Assembly: GCA_964447685.1 (NCBI GenBank)
Contig: CAYUTI010000001.1
Location: 40,338 to 104,337 of the forward strand
Direction of reading: 5' to 3'
From: Candidatus Woesearchaeota archaeon
GTDB lineage: Archaea; Nanobdellota; Nanobdellia; SCGC-AAA011-G17; CAYUTI01
DNA: 64,000 nt
Shown here: positions 62,405 to 64,000 of the stretch, one piece after another
Layout: every line of letters starts with the position of its first letter
Numbering within the stretch: the stretch's first letter is position 1
Position numbers and translations under genes: made by a program
Notes under the pieces: model-generated
The model's input: the letters and a program-made list of their open reading frames with translations, nothing else
Database searches by the model: none
Told to the model about the DNA's origin: nothing

Positions 62405-62427
62405 TTAGTATTTAAACTTTTCTATTT
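62405..62427 (-). promoter_or_regulatory. BRE/TATA of Trx-like gene copy 2
   Basis: The minus strand reads AAATAGAAAAGTTTAAATACTAA. It lies at the same distance from the ATG as in copy 1. Confidence 0.5.
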
Positions 62428-62539
62428 TAGTCACTCTTTGATGGTAATACTTTGCTTTATCTTTAGAATATTAATGAAAAAGTTTATAAACTACTCTCTT
62501 TTAATATAATATCATTAAAAAATGGAGGAATTTGTAAAA

Positions 62540-63052
62540 ATGAAGAAGATATTATTAATCTTAATGTTTATTTGTTTTTTAGGCTTATTTATTGGTGGTT
62601 GTTGTAAAACTGATGAGGGATGTGATGATGAAAATGTTTGTACCACTGATACTTGTGTAGACCAATCATGTTCTAATGTACCTAACTCTAATCCTTGTGA
62701 TGATGGAAATCCTTGTACTAAGGGAGATAGATGTGCGGGTAGTGGAGGATGTATAGGTACTGATTTATGTGCTGATGAAGATAAAGTTTGTTATGTTGGA
62801 TCTGATGGAAATGCTCGATGTGTTGATTGTACCATAGATGATCAGTGCGGAGATTGTCGTTTTTGTAGAGATGGATCTTGTGTGTATGAATTTTCACTAG
62901 GTTGTTTATGTGATCCTTCTATGACTCCTGAAATAGGATGTAGTAGTGGGGTATGTGTTACTAAATATTGTAAACTCACTCAAGCGGGTTATGGTTTTGT
63001 AGTAGAAAATTGGGATCCGGTAGTAACTTGTGCATCAGCTGCTGAATGTTAA
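62540..63052 (+). CDS. small Cys-rich secreted lipoprotein (copy-2 partner)
   Basis: 'FLGLFIGGCCKT' lipobox-like signal, about 26 Cys in 170 aa, 'CDDENVCTTDTC..CDDGNPCTKGDRC' knots. GGAGG SD lies 11 nt upstream of the ATG at 62540. Confidence 0.7.
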   Translation: MKKILLILMFICFLGLFIGGCCKTDEGCDDENVCTTDTCVDQSCSNVPNSNPCDDGNPCTKGDRCAGSGGCIGTDLCADEDKVCYVGSDGNARCVDCTIDDQCGDCRFCRDGSCVYEFSLGCLCDPSMTPEIGCSSGVCVTKYCKLTQAGYGFVVENWDPVVTCASAAEC

Positions 63053-63103
63053 TTTTAATTTTTTCTTTCTCTTTTTTTTAATTTTTAATAAAATAAAAAA
63101 GGA

Positions 63104-63196
63104 TTAGTCTTCTAAATAACCAATCATAAACCAAGCTTCTGAACTGTCCATAAGTTCTTCCATTTCTTCTAAATCTTCTTTATTGTAAATGCTCAT
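63104..63196 (-). CDS. possible 30-aa acidic micro-ORF
   Basis: 'MSIYNKEDLEEMEELMDSSEAWFMIGYLED'. AGGAGGTGAT SD. ATGA overlap with the preceding micro-ORF. Confidence 0.3.
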   Translation of the reverse strand: MSIYNKEDLEEMEELMDSSEAWFMIGYLED

Positions 63197-63291
63197 AGCC
63201 TATCACCTCCTATATTATGTATATTAATTGGTAAATGTCTAAGCTGCTGCGAAAAAAGTTCTTCTATTGTTCGAATATCTAAGTCTTGCAT
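63193..63291 (-). CDS. possible 32-aa micro-ORF
   Basis: 'MQDLDIRTIEELFSQQLRHLPINIHNIGGDRL'. GGGGGTGG SD upstream. Confidence 0.3.
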   Translation of the reverse strand: MQDLDIRTIEELFSQQLRHLPINIHNIGGDRL

Positions 63292-63292
63292 T

Positions 63293-63442
63293 TTAGCCAC
63301 CCCCTAAGCTTTCCCTTCTTAGTAAATTCTTATAACTCATTATTGCTGTGGAGTTAATAAAATTAATATTGTCTATGTCACTTATTTTTTTTGAGTATTC
63401 ATCCCATGAAAGATAGCTCCGACTAAATAGTTTAAATTTCAT
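63293..63442 (-). CDS. possible 49-aa micro-ORF
   Basis: 'MKFKLFSRSYLSWDEYSKKISDIDNINFINSTAIMSYKNLLRRESLGGG'. GAGGTGAT SD. TATA 'TTTATATA' (minus strand) at about 63492-63499. Confidence 0.35.
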   Translation of the reverse strand: MKFKLFSRSYLSWDEYSKKISDIDNINFINSTAIMSYKNLLRRESLGGG

Positions 63443-63545
63443 TTTTATATCACCTCTAATTTTTTATGTTATTAGTTGTAAATCTAAGAGGGTATATAAA
63501 CCTGGCGCGGATGCTTGGCAAGTGTGACATAAATGTCAAAAATCT

Positions 63546-64000
63546 CTAGAACTCGTTTAAGGCCTTTTGACCATATTTTATGATTTTAGTTTGACCTTTT
63601 TCTTGCTTTTTTTCTGTGTTGATTACGCCTAATGATGTTAAATCTTCTATTTTTCTATGAAAAGTTCTGTAAGAAATATCATTATTTTGCGAATAGATAT
63701 CAAAAAGTTCTTTAGTACTCTTTCCGGAGTGTTCTTTTATCAAGTTTAAGATAGGTTCTTGTTCTTTGGGTATTGGTCTTGATGGTTTTTGATTTAATTT
63801 TGAAATTGCGTTTAAAGCATGTTTTGTTTCTATCTTTTTTACTGCTTCTGATTCTGCAATTAAAGCTGCTTCTTTTAATAAAAATAAACCTGTTCGTATA
63901 TCTTTTATCTCAAAAGTTTTTTTTGCTATTTCTGCGATTGCTTCTTCTGAGAGGATTCCTGAAGGAAAAGCAAATTCTGCTCTTTCTTTTAAAATACCTT
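63546..64000 (-). CDS. Orc1/Cdc6 replication initiator, C-terminal part (runs off the window)
   Basis: The frame stays open upstream of the tracked 65-aa ORF to the window edge: '..ILKERAEFAFPSGILSEEAIAEIAKKTFEIKDIRTGLFLLKEAALIAESE..' (AAA+ lid) plus a C-terminal winged helix 'ELFDIYSQ..ISYRTFHRKIEDLTSLGVI'. Confidence 0.75.
   Translation of the reverse strand, partial: GILKERAEFAFPSGILSEEAIAEIAKKTFEIKDIRTGLFLLKEAALIAESEAVKKIETKHALNAISKLNQKPSRPIPKEQEPILNLIKEHSGKSTKELFDIYSQNNDISYRTFHRKIEDLTSLGVINTEKKQEKGQTKIIKYGQKALNEF

Noticed and set aside
1-64000. Looked for CRISPR arrays, diversity-generating retroelement parts (RT, TR/VR pairs near the giant surface genes), transposases, integrases and rRNA
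   Set aside because: I saw no regularly spaced direct repeats and no RT-like or DDE/tyrosine-recombinase-like ORF. I could spot no long near-identical DNA repeat pair with A-specific mismatches by eye. A computational self-dot-plot would be needed to exclude short TR/VR pairs fully.

Overview
AT-rich archaeal chromosome segment. The gene set makes the archaeal identity clear: TFB, Alba, LSm, Spt5, aIF5A, SRP54/FtsY, eukaryote-type r-proteins S3Ae/S8e/S17e/L37e/L37Ae/L40e, RpoP, GINS, a RecJ/Cdc45-like protein, a partial Orc1/Cdc6, FtsZ with SepF, EndA, Trm1 and Taw1. Spacers are short, many genes share ATGA stop/start overlaps, and TATA boxes often sit about 25 nt upstream of the ATG (leaderless mRNAs). 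Together with intron-rich tRNAs and very little metabolism, this suggests a small-genome, DPANN-like lineage (inference). I call about 85 protein genes and 7 tRNA genes. Three tRNAs carry introns: one in the T-loop, and one is a 136-nt class II gene with probably two insertions. I saw no rRNA, CRISPR, transposase, integrase or reverse transcriptase. The notable non-housekeeping content is extracellular. (i) A three-part module occurs twice (12.8-20.6 kb and 24.2-30.3 kb): a protein with a conserved MKKRGQVT + hydrophobic class-III (prepilin-like) N-terminus, then a giant secreted protein, then a polytopic membrane protein with a shared YFWN motif. (ii) In the 55-63 kb block, two paralogous membrane-anchored CxxC thioredoxin-fold proteins are each divergently paired with a small, very Cys-rich lipoprotein. 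They bracket a 1117-aa repeat-rich lipoprotein and a PQQ-type beta-propeller protein. Together these look like an uncharacterised surface/adhesion apparatus with its own extracytoplasmic disulfide machinery (inference). Other oddities are a compact CooS-like protein with all cluster ligands but no partner genes, an N-terminally truncated Dph2, L11 with a long charged tail, a Doc-RHH pair in reversed order, and a 10-bp palindrome flanking a 3-gene sugar-kinase islet next to an AbrB-PhoU regulator. Three small r-protein/RNAP genes fall below the ORF-track cutoff.
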